A stretch of DNA of 64,000 bases from IMG/VR virus record IMGVR_UViG_3300009085_000022, positions 38,177 through 102,176 of that record; one strand, written 5' to 3'. The notes below the pieces were generated by a model that did not search any database, had not been told where the DNA came from, and saw only the letters and a program-made list of their open reading frames with translations. Position 1 is the stretch's first letter; each line of letters begins with the position of its first letter. A program made the translations under genes and the position numbers. Origin of the DNA: a virus. Shown in pieces: positions 48,215 to 59,077 of the stretch.

Positions 48215-50611
48215 ATGGCAACAAGTATGGTTAATGTATCAAAAATGACATTTCCTTTTCAGAAAAGAAGTCGAAATCAAAAGACCAAATCTTATTATAA
48301 AGAGTGTGTAGATGCTGCAGATACTATTGTCGGCTTTGATGTTGATAATGGATTACGTGCATCCATGCAAGAAAAACTTAGTAATGTTAACCTTATTAAT
48401 AATATTATAGATCCAAAAGAGATTCAAAATGTTATTAATCCTTATAAACTTGAAGCTAAGTTTGATAATACCTATAAAAATTATCCTCTTATAAATTCAT
48501 ATATGGCTGTGTTATTGGGTGAGGAACGTGAGATGCGTTTTAATCCTTTAATAACTATGTCTAATCCTGATCTGGTTAATTCTAAATTAGAAGAATTATC
48601 AGCATTAATGAATAAATCTATTTTAGAGAAAGTAGTTGCAAATAAGTTTTCGGAAGAAGAAGTTTCAGCAGCTATTCAATCTCAAGCTAAATGGATGAAG
48701 TTCAACTATAGAGATCGTAGAGAGCTAATGGCATCACAGATAATTCAGTATGGTTACGTTAACCAAAATATGAAAGAATTATTTAGCAAGGCTTTTGAAG
48801 ATCTATTAGTGCAAGGAGAAGAGATTTCTATATCAGAAATAGTTGGTGGAGAGCCAATTAGCAGAAAAGGCAACCCTTTAAATATATTTACAGTTCGTTC
48901 TGGGAATACTTATAGAATTGAAGATTCTGATATTATCATAGAATTAAGTTTTGTGCCTGTAGGACAACTTATAGATGAGTATCATGATGATTTATCAGAC
49001 GCACAGATTAAAAAATTAGAAGAAGGCTATGGTTATGCAAATGCCGCATCAGGTAAACTCTTCCAGCGTACCCTTAGAAATGTACCTATAGATTTAACTT
49101 CTTGGATAAATCAACAAGGAGGAATAGGTAGTGTCTTATCTGCATCAACTAAAGAAGCTGCCTCTTTTGGTGGATCATTTGATACTTATGGGAATGCTAG
49201 AAAGCTTAGAGTTCTCTGGAAAGGAATGCGAAAATTAGGAGTCTTAACTTTTATTGATGAAAATGGAGATATTCAAAAAACATTTGTAGATGAAGATTAT
49301 CCTTTAAATAATGTTGAAGATGAGAATATTAAGTGGATTTGGGTTAGTGAATGGAATGAAGGAACTAAACTTGCAGACGATATCTATGTTAAAATGGGGC
49401 CTCGTCCTGTTCAGTTTAGATCAATGGATAATCCTAGTAAGTGTTATCCTGGCATTGTAGGAAATATATTTACTACAAATGATTCTAAATCATTATCATT
49501 TGTTAGTTTAGCTAAAGATTACCAGCTAACATATAATTTCTTCATGCATAAGCTTTGGGAAGAGCTTAAAACATATAAAGGTAAAATTGCAAAAATAAGT
49601 ACCAGCATGATTCCCAGCAACTTTACTATGGATCAATTTTTATTTTATATTGACCAGATGAAGGTTATTTTTGAAGATGAATTTAATGAGGGCCAAAAAG
49701 GAGCTTCTTTAGGCAAGTTGGCTGGAAATATGAATCGTGGATCTGGCAGCGTAGAAATTGGAGATGCTAATGTAATTCAAAATCTTTTAGGCATATTAAC
49801 ATTCTTGGAGAATAGAATTCAGGATATTGTAGGTATTACACCTCAAAGAAAAGGCGCTGTAGATAATAGAGAAACTGTAGGAGGTGTGGAAAGATCTGTA
49901 AAACAGAGTTCACTTAATACAGCTAAATATTTCAGCATACATGATGACTTTATAAACAGATCCATAAATGCTTATATAGAAACAGCTAAAATTGCCTGGA
50001 AAGAACAGGCGTTTAAGAGACAATTTATTTTATCTGATGGTAGTCAGTCTATCTTAGACTTTGATGGTCAGATGTTTGCAGAGACAGAATATGGAATCTA
50101 TTCTACTAATTCAGCTGTTGATAAGGACATGATGAGTACTATTAAATCACTCGTTCAGCCTTTTATGCAAAATGGTGGTACAATTAGTATGGTAATGGAA
50201 CTTTATAGGACCCAAGATCCTGCTGCTTTACAGAGAAAATTTGAAGCTTTTGAAGAACAACTACAGCAACAACAAGCTGCTGCTCAGAAGGCTGCTGAGG
50301 AAAATAAAATGGCCATGATGCAACAGGAACAAGAACTTGAAAATCAGAGGCTTGAACTTGAGAAATATAAAGCTGATTTACAGGCTAGTACGGCTATCGA
50401 AGTAGCTTATATTAGAGCGTCTTCTACAAAAGAAGATACTGAAGAAGCTCCTGTGGTTGAGGATAATCAAGAAGATATTCAATTGAAAAAAGAACAACTT
50501 GATGAGGTTAAGAGGTCTAACCGTAAAAAAGAAGAGCAGAAAGATAGAGAGATTGAGATAAAGCGTAAGGTTGCTAATAAACCCTCTCCTAGACCTACTT
50601 CTAAAAAATAG
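48215..50611 (+). CDS. Portal protein
   Basis: 798 aa directly after TerL; NYPLI...LLGEE, GITPQRKG, ETVGGVERS; Q/E-rich coiled tail. Confidence 0.88.
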   Translation: MATSMVNVSKMTFPFQKRSRNQKTKSYYKECVDAADTIVGFDVDNGLRASMQEKLSNVNLINNIIDPKEIQNVINPYKLEAKFDNTYKNYPLINSYMAVLLGEEREMRFNPLITMSNPDLVNSKLEELSALMNKSILEKVVANKFSEEEVSAAIQSQAKWMKFNYRDRRELMASQIIQYGYVNQNMKELFSKAFEDLLVQGEEISISEIVGGEPISRKGNPLNIFTVRSGNTYRIEDSDIIIELSFVPVGQLIDEYHDDLSDAQIKKLEEGYGYANAASGKLFQRTLRNVPIDLTSWINQQGGIGSVLSASTKEAASFGGSFDTYGNARKLRVLWKGMRKLGVLTFIDENGDIQKTFVDEDYPLNNVEDENIKWIWVSEWNEGTKLADDIYVKMGPRPVQFRSMDNPSKCYPGIVGNIFTTNDSKSLSFVSLAKDYQLTYNFFMHKLWEELKTYKGKIAKISTSMIPSNFTMDQFLFYIDQMKVIFEDEFNEGQKGASLGKLAGNMNRGSGSVEIGDANVIQNLLGILTFLENRIQDIVGITPQRKGAVDNRETVGGVERSVKQSSLNTAKYFSIHDDFINRSINAYIETAKIAWKEQAFKRQFILSDGSQSILDFDGQMFAETEYGIYSTNSAVDKDMMSTIKSLVQPFMQNGGTISMVMELYRTQDPAALQRKFEAFEEQLQQQQAAAQKAAEENKMAMMQQEQELENQRLELEKYKADLQASTAIEVAYIRASSTKEDTEEAPVVEDNQEDIQLKKEQLDEVKRSNRKKEEQKDREIEIKRKVANKPSPRPTSKK

Positions 50612-50710
50612 TAAACCTATTAAAAAATAATAGGTTTACGTTATGCCAGAAACTAAAAGAAAGAAGATTATAGTTATAATTATAAATTAATAATTAAATT
50701 TGCAAAGAAT

Positions 50711-51931
50711 ATGAGTAAAGAAGTATTTGAACAGAGTTTGGATGAGATTTTAGAATTTGATGCTGGACTAGATATAAATAGTATTTTAGCCGCAGCGCCT
50801 GCTTTAGAAACTGATCCTATAATTAAAAAAGAACCAGAAAAAAAGGAAGATCCTAAAAAAGAGCTTTCTTTAGAAAATATTAATAAAGTCTTAGATACAA
50901 CAAAGCTACAAGACAAAACAGAAGATATTGAGGAAAAGGTTGAAGATCCTGATGATAAGGCCCCTGTACCCCTTGTGAATAAAACCGATGATACTTCCGA
51001 TGCTTCTTTTACTGTAATCTTTGCTAGAGACTTGGTGGCGCAGGGGCTATTATCATCTTTTGATGAAACTAAATTTATAGAAGATTCTAAGACTCTTGGC
51101 GAAGCTGAGGCTCTTAGAACTCTTATTAAAACTGAGATAGATGCAAATCTAACTGCTGCTCAATCTGATTTAGATGAAGGTTACCAGGAGTATTTAAAAC
51201 TTATTGGTAAAGGAGTGGCACAGGAAACTGCAGGCAGTTTAGTAGAATTAAAGACTAGATTTGAAGGTATTACAGTAGATGAGTTGAGTAAAGAAGAGAA
51301 TTCTGCTCTAAGAAAACAAGTGATGGTAGACTACTTTAAACTCACTACTTCAATGCCGGATTCTAAGATTGATAAATTAGTTCAAAGTAGTATTGATCTT
51401 GGAGAAGATATAGACGATGCTAAAGAATATTTAAGTGTTTTAAAGGATTCTATAAAGGAACAAATAACTCTTGAAGAACAAACAGCATCAAAACAACAGA
51501 AGCTTTTAGAAGACGAAAATAAACGTAGTATAGAGGCTTTAAAAGAAAATATAAACAGTCTTAATGAAATAGTAACAGGATTACCTATTAATGTTCAAAC
51601 TAAAAAACAAATGTTTGAAGCTATTACAAAACCTGTTAAAGATGGAAAAGGTAGAACAACTAATGCTATCTGGGCTTTAAGATCTGAAGATCCTATGTTT
51701 TTTGATGAAAGATTGGCTTATTTATTTGCAACAGGATACTTTAATAAAGGCAAGACCTGGGACAAAGTAGTTAATGTAAAAGCTACTAAAACTATTACAG
51801 AACTAGAAAAAGCTATCGAAAGTAAGAGAAATACAGGAACAACTGTTGGACATACTGTATTACAGAATGCTAATATAGATCCAACATCAAAAAGCAATAT
51901 AGATTCCATGCGTGGAATTTTTGGCAAATAA
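50711..51931 (+). CDS. Acidic scaffold-like head assembly protein
   Basis: Highly acidic and helical, located between portal and MCP. Confidence 0.6.
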   Translation: MSKEVFEQSLDEILEFDAGLDINSILAAAPALETDPIIKKEPEKKEDPKKELSLENINKVLDTTKLQDKTEDIEEKVEDPDDKAPVPLVNKTDDTSDASFTVIFARDLVAQGLLSSFDETKFIEDSKTLGEAEALRTLIKTEIDANLTAAQSDLDEGYQEYLKLIGKGVAQETAGSLVELKTRFEGITVDELSKEENSALRKQVMVDYFKLTTSMPDSKIDKLVQSSIDLGEDIDDAKEYLSVLKDSIKEQITLEEQTASKQQKLLEDENKRSIEALKENINSLNEIVTGLPINVQTKKQMFEAITKPVKDGKGRTTNAIWALRSEDPMFFDERLAYLFATGYFNKGKTWDKVVNVKATKTITELEKAIESKRNTGTTVGHTVLQNANIDPTSKSNIDSMRGIFGK

Positions 51932-51957
51932 AACCGTTTTTTAAATTAAATAGTTAA

Positions 51958-53448
51958 ATGAATCAAATTTCAAAACTTCAGATCGTAGATCCAAAACATT
52001 GGAGCGGTCTAACTCGTGAAAGTCATCTTGGTTGGCTTGGTATGCAGGAACCTGAAATTATAAGTAATACAATGAATCGTCTGTACGAATTAAATGTCGG
52101 TACTGACAACTTTGTTTCATTTATAAATAAGCTTCCTACTGAGTACATTAATGATGATGTTGTATACAGATGGTTTCTTCAGGGATCTGACGAAAGAAGC
52201 ATTCCTCTTAAAGCAGCCTTTTCTGATCTTGCATGTACAACTGTTATTACAGATGCAGCTCAGGCAGGTTTAAATAGAGGTGTATTCTACATGTTATTTC
52301 CTGAAAGATACTTTGAAAGCACATCTCATATCGTAGGTTCAAAGCCTGAATTGTACCAACTTAGGGTTATTGAAGATCCTGTACAGTTTGGTAACTACTG
52401 GCGTTATAAGGTCCAGTTATTCTCAGGTGACGACACATTGTGGGTTCCTGCAGCTGATCTTGCTGCTAACACTATGTGGTCAGAACTTTTTGGTATGGTT
52501 GAACAAGAGCTGTCCAAGAGAGGAACAGGTGTTCATCACACTGCTCCTTATCAGATGGAGAACGTACTTTCTATGATTCGTAAGAATTATAACGTACCTG
52601 GTAATATGATATCTAAAGGTAAGAATAAGCCTCTTGCTTTTGCTTTCATAGATCAGAACGGAAAGACACAAACTCGCTGGATTGATAAACTTGGTTGGGA
52701 TTTTTATGTACAGTTTGAACGTGATAAGGCTCGTCTTATTGGTTATGGTAAGTCTAATAAACTTGCTGATGGTACATTTGGACACGTAGGTGAATCAGGT
52801 AACACTATTCGTTCTGGATTTGGTTTATATGAGCAAATGGAATATGGAAATATTCTTTCATATAATACCTTCTCTTTAGATATGTTGACAGACTTTGCAA
52901 TGGATATGTCATACGGTAAAATTCCTGAAGATAAACGTGAGTTTATTCTTTCAACTGGAGAATACGGAGCATATCAATTCCACAAAGACGCTGTTAGTAA
53001 GGCAAACGCTATTACATATCTTAATACTAATGTTAATATTAAGACTGATGGTGGTAAGCTTACATTAGATGAAGGACAGTTCCTGAACTATGTAGCAGTT
53101 AATGGTATTAAATTTAAACTTACTATTGATCCGATGAAAGATGGATATCCTAATACTCTTAGGCATCCTGATGGTGGATTAGCTAGTTCGTATATTTATG
53201 AGATTTTTGATGTAGGAACTACTGGAGGTGTTTCTAACATTTCAAAAGTTAGTGTTAAAGATGAGGAAGAATTTTTTGGGTATATCCCTGGATTAAGAGA
53301 TCCATTCTCTCCATATAATAATAGGACAGATCCTAGAATGATGGCTACTTCGGTAGATGGTTATTCTGTATACAAAGGATTCATTGGAGGTGTGAAAATC
53401 ACCAACATGAAAAAAACTGCTCGTATTATCCCATCTATTCTTCGATAA
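51958..53448 (+). CDS. Major capsid protein
   Basis: 496 aa; WSGLTRESHLG N-term, GxGLYEQ motif; synteny; followed by a hairpin. Confidence 0.88.
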   Translation: MNQISKLQIVDPKHWSGLTRESHLGWLGMQEPEIISNTMNRLYELNVGTDNFVSFINKLPTEYINDDVVYRWFLQGSDERSIPLKAAFSDLACTTVITDAAQAGLNRGVFYMLFPERYFESTSHIVGSKPELYQLRVIEDPVQFGNYWRYKVQLFSGDDTLWVPAADLAANTMWSELFGMVEQELSKRGTGVHHTAPYQMENVLSMIRKNYNVPGNMISKGKNKPLAFAFIDQNGKTQTRWIDKLGWDFYVQFERDKARLIGYGKSNKLADGTFGHVGESGNTIRSGFGLYEQMEYGNILSYNTFSLDMLTDFAMDMSYGKIPEDKREFILSTGEYGAYQFHKDAVSKANAITYLNTNVNIKTDGGKLTLDEGQFLNYVAVNGIKFKLTIDPMKDGYPNTLRHPDGGLASSYIYEIFDVGTTGGVSNISKVSVKDEEEFFGYIPGLRDPFSPYNNRTDPRMMATSVDGYSVYKGFIGGVKITNMKKTARIIPSILR

Positions 53449-53466
53449 TTAAATTATTAGTAGGCT

Positions 53467-53501
53467 GTGGGGGATTAGGGTTCTTACCCTCTTCTCCCCA
53501 C
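53467..53501 (+). terminator. Hairpin after MCP (terminator or stabiliser)
   Basis: GTGGGGGA..AGGG-loop-CCCT..TCTCCCCAC. Confidence 0.6.
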
Positions 53502-53543
53502 CTATTAATTTGTTAAAGCAATTAATTACAGTAAAATTATATT

Positions 53544-54440
53544 ATGGAAGCAACAAAAATTACAAAAGAAGAAGCAATTAGGAAAAGTTATTTACAGAAC
53601 AAAACAGTTTATTTAAAGCCAGTGATTAGAGGAGGCAAAATGATTACCTCTCCATCACATGCTGCGTACTTTCAAATTGATGGTGCAAATAACTGGTTTC
53701 AACTACCTAAGAACATACAAACTGGTGAATTGGCAAACCCATTTACTAGTAATGAAGAGAAAGAATTTTTTGAAGGTGTATTGGATTTAGATCTTAATGT
53801 TTATAAAAAGAAAGATAATTTCTGGCATAAATTTTTTGTTAAGATCGTAAAAGATTTTAATCTTATGCATGATGGATATGTATTCAATCTTGCAGATCCA
53901 TTAGATAATTTAAAATGGAGAGTTACAAAACTTCAGGCTATGGTCGCTCCCAATTGGGATGAAAGACTGGCAAGGGCTGAATATCGTTTTGCCCTGGTTG
54001 AAGAAGGCTATGAAGAAGAAAAAGAACAGACTACAACTAATAAGGTTATTGAGGCTTATACATATTTAGGAAGTGTTCAGAATTCTATTAAACAGATGAA
54101 AGACTTTTTAGGTGTGTACTATATGGAAAAGAAGGAAATGAAGTTTGTTCCTGAAGACGCAGATAAAGATTGGTTGAAGAAAGAGATAAAAAAAGTCATT
54201 GATAATGAAACAGATTTAGCTCTGTTAATTATGAATGATCCTAATGCAAAAATTAAAAACTTTATTCTTCAGTGTCTTAGATCTGGTGCAATAAATAAGT
54301 CAGCTAGAAATAAATATGATATTCTTGGTGAAGGAGTATCTTACACTTATGATGAATTAGTTACATATTTAACTAGTGCCGAAGAAATTAAAGCTGATAT
54401 ATATTTAAAGTTAGTTGCTCAATCTAAAATGAACAAGTAA
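53544..54440 (+). CDS. Conserved-type crAss-like protein following MCP
   Basis: Synteny; NPF..EE..FFE, DNFW, LADPLD motifs. Confidence 0.6.
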   Translation: MEATKITKEEAIRKSYLQNKTVYLKPVIRGGKMITSPSHAAYFQIDGANNWFQLPKNIQTGELANPFTSNEEKEFFEGVLDLDLNVYKKKDNFWHKFFVKIVKDFNLMHDGYVFNLADPLDNLKWRVTKLQAMVAPNWDERLARAEYRFALVEEGYEEEKEQTTTNKVIEAYTYLGSVQNSIKQMKDFLGVYYMEKKEMKFVPEDADKDWLKKEIKKVIDNETDLALLIMNDPNAKIKNFILQCLRSGAINKSARNKYDILGEGVSYTYDELVTYLTSAEEIKADIYLKLVAQSKMNK

Positions 54441-55117
54441 TGATTTATGCAGAATTTCGTGCTGAAACAGAATTATTGTATGAAAGTTTAAACAGTAGCG
54501 CAGCTCCTGGATTTACTGATACAGAATGGGGACAAATTCTTACTGCAGCCCAGCGAAAAGTTGTTCATAATATTTTAAATGAAGGAGTAACACGAGATTC
54601 TCTTAATATTTTAGCTATTGAAAAGCTAATACGAAGTGATAGCTATACTGCTTTTAGTACTGATAGTTATTTTAAAAATTCAGATGATACGGATGCTCAG
54701 ATTATTAATATTGGAACAAAAGTATTTGAAACTAAATTTTTCTGGATTTTAGATGAATATATTGAAACTGCTTCAGCAACTAATATAAGATTAAAGAGAA
54801 TTTCTTTTGATTTTTATAGGGCTAATATAGATAATCCTTTTAGAACTCCTAATGTTACAGATGGATTTTGGGTACTACAATATAATAATGTGCCTGTATT
54901 TATAACTGATGGTACTACTATTACAGGTTATTATATAATGGCTGTGCATCATCCTGATAACTATCCAATAGGAACAGGAATAACTTATGGTACAGAAGGA
55001 TCTTGCTTAAATGAAGGAGTTCATTCTAAAATAGTAGAACAAGCTGTAAAATTAGCAAAAATGTCAGTAGATGATGCTCAAGGGTATCAACTTGCTTTAG
55101 CGGAATTCGCAAAATAA
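54440..55117 (+). CDS. Putative head-tail adaptor / ring protein
   Basis: SSAAPGFTD.E...LT.AQ N-term and H..IVE.AV C-term; synteny. Confidence 0.55.
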   Translation: MIYAEFRAETELLYESLNSSAAPGFTDTEWGQILTAAQRKVVHNILNEGVTRDSLNILAIEKLIRSDSYTAFSTDSYFKNSDDTDAQIINIGTKVFETKFFWILDEYIETASATNIRLKRISFDFYRANIDNPFRTPNVTDGFWVLQYNNVPVFITDGTTITGYYIMAVHHPDNYPIGTGITYGTEGSCLNEGVHSKIVEQAVKLAKMSVDDAQGYQLALAEFAK

Positions 55118-55141
55118 TTTTTTAATTTAATATAAAATACT

Positions 55142-56230
55142 ATGGCTTTAGAAAAAGTAACTAAACATAATCATATATTACATCCGCCTTTTTACCCGGC
55201 ATTTGATTATTGGTATAATGTTTTAGTAGACCATCTAAATACGTATCTTGATGATACAAGTAATATAACTCCAGTAGTAAGAACAAATAATCCTATATTA
55301 GCTGCTAATACTATAAATCAAAATATAGATGTATTAGACGGAGCAATAGGGGCAGACAATACTGCAGTAGCTAGAACGAATAATCCTACAGTAGTAAATA
55401 CTTCGTTAAATGCGAAAGTACAAGCATTAGATAATGCTATAGGTATAACACAGACAGTAAGTGTAAGAACAGTTGGACCTATATTGGCGACTAATGCAAT
55501 TACTCCTAATATAGCGGCATTAGATACCGCAATAGGTACAGATGCACAGTTGACAGCAGTAGCAAGGACAGCAGGACCGATAGCTACTAGTCAGAGTGTT
55601 AATCAGAACATTGATGATCTTGATGCAGCTATTGGTGCTAATATTTCACCGTTAACAAGAACAACAGGTCAATTAGTTGCTGCAAATACTGTTAATGATA
55701 ATATTGATCTTATTGATGATGTTATAGGGTCAGATGCACAAATGCCTACTTCTTCTTTAAATGTAACAAGATCACAAACTATTTACCAGAATTTACGAGC
55801 ATTAGACACATATAAAACAGTAAGGACAGTAAAGTATAGGGTAGGTAATGTGGGGGTAGCTTCATGTGATTTTAATTTCTCTTCTGCAGCTAATGCTAAT
55901 GAACAGAGTATTGATCTTGGTGCAATATTACCTGCTAAATGCAGACTGCTGGATGTGATGGTTTATACAGATGCAGCATTTACTAACCTTGGTGCATTAA
56001 CTACTGATGTTGGCCTTACAACTGGAACCGATGGGCTTATAGTAGCAGCAGACAATACAGCTATTGATGCTATAATGGCGACATCAGATGCTGGAGCTTT
56101 TGTTGCAACTCCAAACAAAGCAGCTCAAAATATATGGTTAAATGTTAAACCTACTAATAATTGGGATTCAGCTAATCCGGTAGGAAGAATGTCAGTATAT
56201 GTTACTTTTATTGATGTAACAAATGTATAA
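55142..56230 (+). CDS. Virion fibre-like protein with ~32-aa repeats
   Basis: Five to six RT..P...N.I..LD.AIG repeats. Confidence 0.65.
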   Translation: MALEKVTKHNHILHPPFYPAFDYWYNVLVDHLNTYLDDTSNITPVVRTNNPILAANTINQNIDVLDGAIGADNTAVARTNNPTVVNTSLNAKVQALDNAIGITQTVSVRTVGPILATNAITPNIAALDTAIGTDAQLTAVARTAGPIATSQSVNQNIDDLDAAIGANISPLTRTTGQLVAANTVNDNIDLIDDVIGSDAQMPTSSLNVTRSQTIYQNLRALDTYKTVRTVKYRVGNVGVASCDFNFSSAANANEQSIDLGAILPAKCRLLDVMVYTDAAFTNLGALTTDVGLTTGTDGLIVAADNTAIDAIMATSDAGAFVATPNKAAQNIWLNVKPTNNWDSANPVGRMSVYVTFIDVTNV

Positions 56231-56796
56231 TGGGAATACAGAGATCATATCCAGCACATGATGATATGCAGGGTATAATGACTACTGTAGCTGGGGGCAG
56301 TGCATTAGGCACTCTTGCGATACGTGATACTGGTTGTACAATGTTGTCTTTTCAAAATGCTAATGATGATGTAGCAGTACAAGTGTATCAGTTTTCACAT
56401 AGAAAAAAACTAGATACTAATTGCGATAGTCTCCATTTGCATTACTACTTACCCTCGGCTCCTAATGCTAATGATACTGTTATTTTTAAGTGGTGGTATA
56501 CTTGGTATAATAATGGAGATGTAATACCTGCAATAGCTAACTGGACAACAGGAGCAGATAAAGTATTAACATTTGCAGGGACAGAGGCCCAATATAGTAC
56601 TGGACTAGTATCAATAATAACAAATCTTGTTCATCCAAATAACGAAGGATACTCATCCATATTAAGAGTAAAAGTATTAAGAGATTCTACAGGTGTAGGA
56701 TCTGATACATATGCTGATGATTTAGGTATTGATTATTTTGATGTGCACTATATAGTAGATAGAAACGGCAGTTTAAATGAAGCAAGCGATTCTTAA
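56230..56796 (+). CDS. Putative virion protein
   Basis: Beta-rich ORF in the structural module. Confidence 0.55.
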   Translation: MGIQRSYPAHDDMQGIMTTVAGGSALGTLAIRDTGCTMLSFQNANDDVAVQVYQFSHRKKLDTNCDSLHLHYYLPSAPNANDTVIFKWWYTWYNNGDVIPAIANWTTGADKVLTFAGTEAQYSTGLVSIITNLVHPNNEGYSSILRVKVLRDSTGVGSDTYADDLGIDYFDVHYIVDRNGSLNEASDS

Positions 56797-56823
56797 AGAT
56801 TTTTTAATTTAATAATATTTAAT

Positions 56824-57741
56824 ATGATTTTAGAGTATTTAACAAAAGAAAACTTTGTACCAACAGGGCCTAAATTTAAGGTATATGACTATTGGTATAA
56901 TATTTTGGTTGATAAGATTAATAGCATTTTTAGTGCTGGCGTTACAAATAGTAATTTTGATGATGCTCCACTATTAGCTCCTCCTCCGTCAACTACAGTT
57001 TTTATGGAAGACTTTGTAGATACATACGGATGCATTGATTTGGCTTTAGCTAATGAATCAGATCCTGCTGCTACTTTTTCTGAAGTAGCTGATAGAGGAA
57101 AATGGTTAGCTACTATTGTTGATGGTGGTACTGGTAATACCGAGACAGTTCTTGGAAGACCTGTTGATGGTTCAACAAATGCTGGTGCTCAAGGTGGTTG
57201 GGGGGAATTTCGTACATGTAATGCCGATAATGATGCAGTAACCTGTCAATTAAATGGTGAGTCTTTTAAACTTGCTACAGGTAAAAAACTTTGGTTTGAG
57301 ACACAATTTATTATAGAAGATGTTAGCGAAAGTGAAGTTTTTATTGGACTTGCTGATACTGGTACAGATCTTTATGGTGCTGCCGGAGTAGGAGTAAATA
57401 ACCATGTAGGATTTATTCTTGATGGTGACGGTAACTTAGATTTTTCAGTAGATGAAGCCGCAACACAGAGTAAAACTGATACTGCAATAGATTTTGTAGA
57501 TGGTACTATGGCTACTTTAGCTACCGCTAACGTAAAACATAAATGTGCTTTTTATTGGGATGGTGCTGGTACAATAAAAGTATACGTAGACGGTACTCTT
57601 TGTTTAACTAAAGTAGATAATGGTACTACAGTACTGATCCCAGATGGAACTTGTTTATCACCAGGATTTACAATTCTTACACAAGGAACTACTGATGAGG
57701 CATTGTTTATTGATTACATATATGTCGCACAGGAAAGATAA
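56824..57741 (+). CDS. Putative virion decoration/fibre protein, beta-sandwich C-domain
   Basis: N-terminus shared with 55142-56230; ends IDYIYVAQER. Confidence 0.6.
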   Translation: MILEYLTKENFVPTGPKFKVYDYWYNILVDKINSIFSAGVTNSNFDDAPLLAPPPSTTVFMEDFVDTYGCIDLALANESDPAATFSEVADRGKWLATIVDGGTGNTETVLGRPVDGSTNAGAQGGWGEFRTCNADNDAVTCQLNGESFKLATGKKLWFETQFIIEDVSESEVFIGLADTGTDLYGAAGVGVNNHVGFILDGDGNLDFSVDEAATQSKTDTAIDFVDGTMATLATANVKHKCAFYWDGAGTIKVYVDGTLCLTKVDNGTTVLIPDGTCLSPGFTILTQGTTDEALFIDYIYVAQER

Positions 57742-57780
57742 TTATAAAAATTTTATTGTTTAATTTAATACGTAAATACA

Positions 57781-58986
57781 ATGTTTGAAGATTCAAGAAC
57801 ACAACTATTTGTATGTAATGTAACTAATGCCAATGCTGCTAGCTATGCAGTTCTTAAGGCCTTGGCTGGAAGCGCTGGTGCGTTTTATTATGAGCCACAG
57901 ACTTTTACAGAAACAGCTTTAGCTACAAACGCTACATTGGTTCATAGGTTTGCATTTAGAAATACAAGAGGTCAACTTAGTACAACTCTGCCTTTTAAAT
58001 CAGCTCAAGTTAAAAATGGTGGGTATTATGCTTATCTTGCAAGACAGGAACAAGTATCATATTTAGGATATAATGGAACTTCTGGTTCTATGGACGCTAC
58101 TAATTCAAAATATTATGGTCTCCAAGTTATTCTAAATCATACTTTTGGTATGCTGAATAATAGTCCTATGGTTATTACTATTCCTTATAAGAGCGATAGT
58201 TCTGCTACTCAAAGTGAAGTCGCTGCGGGCTTGGCTATTGCTGGAACTGCAATTTTTAAGCGTCAGGCTTATAAACCTTTAAAAATTGAACGTGTTAACT
58301 CTGGCGCTCAGGCTGTTGCTATAAACAACCTTGCTTTGGTTAATGGGTCCAAGAATTTTACTTCAACTGATGATGATACAGCTACACTATTAGTAGGAAC
58401 AATTCTTAGAATTGAAGAGCCTGAAAATAACGGTTCTGCAGTTACAGACCCCTGCTATATTATAGCTAGTCATGATTCTGGAGCTGGCGCAGCTCGTATC
58501 TATACTCTTGATCAAGAATTTCAGGGAGTAACTAATGCAGATCACGATCATTGTGAGACTGTTACTGAAGGTAATTGGGGGCTTAAATTCACTGGTATTA
58601 GTGTAACTGATGCTAACTTTAATCCGGTAACTGACGAACCATTTGTTGTATCATTTGAATTTGGTACTCGTGATTTTGATACCGCTACTGCTACTTATAC
58701 TACTGAAGCTCGTCTTGGCTCTGGTACATACCAGTTAGTAGCTGCCCAAGAGGCAAGAAGTCAGTTCGAGAATAAGACTCGTGAAATAAGTGCATATCCT
58801 CCGACAGTAAGAAACTTAGATGCTGTTGCAGGTACTACTTATAATATCTTCGCATTTGAAGTTTGGAATGATGACTTCGCAGATCCCACAACTGGTGTTC
58901 GTCCGATATCTAAAGTAAGATATGAACTTGCAGTTGAGGCAGCTCTTACTGAAGCCTTCCATACAGTACTTGGATTTGGTGCATAA
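57781..58986 (+). CDS. Putative auxiliary capsid / structural protein
   Basis: 401 aa, Ala/Thr/Gly-rich, followed by a terminator. Confidence 0.5.
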   Translation: MFEDSRTQLFVCNVTNANAASYAVLKALAGSAGAFYYEPQTFTETALATNATLVHRFAFRNTRGQLSTTLPFKSAQVKNGGYYAYLARQEQVSYLGYNGTSGSMDATNSKYYGLQVILNHTFGMLNNSPMVITIPYKSDSSATQSEVAAGLAIAGTAIFKRQAYKPLKIERVNSGAQAVAINNLALVNGSKNFTSTDDDTATLLVGTILRIEEPENNGSAVTDPCYIIASHDSGAGAARIYTLDQEFQGVTNADHDHCETVTEGNWGLKFTGISVTDANFNPVTDEPFVVSFEFGTRDFDTATATYTTEARLGSGTYQLVAAQEARSQFENKTREISAYPPTVRNLDAVAGTTYNIFAFEVWNDDFADPTTGVRPISKVRYELAVEAALTEAFHTVLGFGA

Positions 58987-59033
58987 TAAATAAATTTCTC
59001 CCCTTTGTCCCTGACAGATTTGGGGTAACTTAT

Positions 59034-59065
59034 AATGGGGAAGTCCAAAAGCTTCCCCATTTTTT
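59034..59065 (+). terminator. Intrinsic terminator
   Basis: AATGGGGAAG-loop-CTTCCCCATT plus T-run. Confidence 0.85.
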
Positions 59066-59077
59066 ATTCTTTTAACA

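Noticed and set aside
4242-53448. Introns or inteins in PolA, RNR, TerL or MCP
   Set aside because: All are uninterrupted, of ordinary length, and show no intein motifs.
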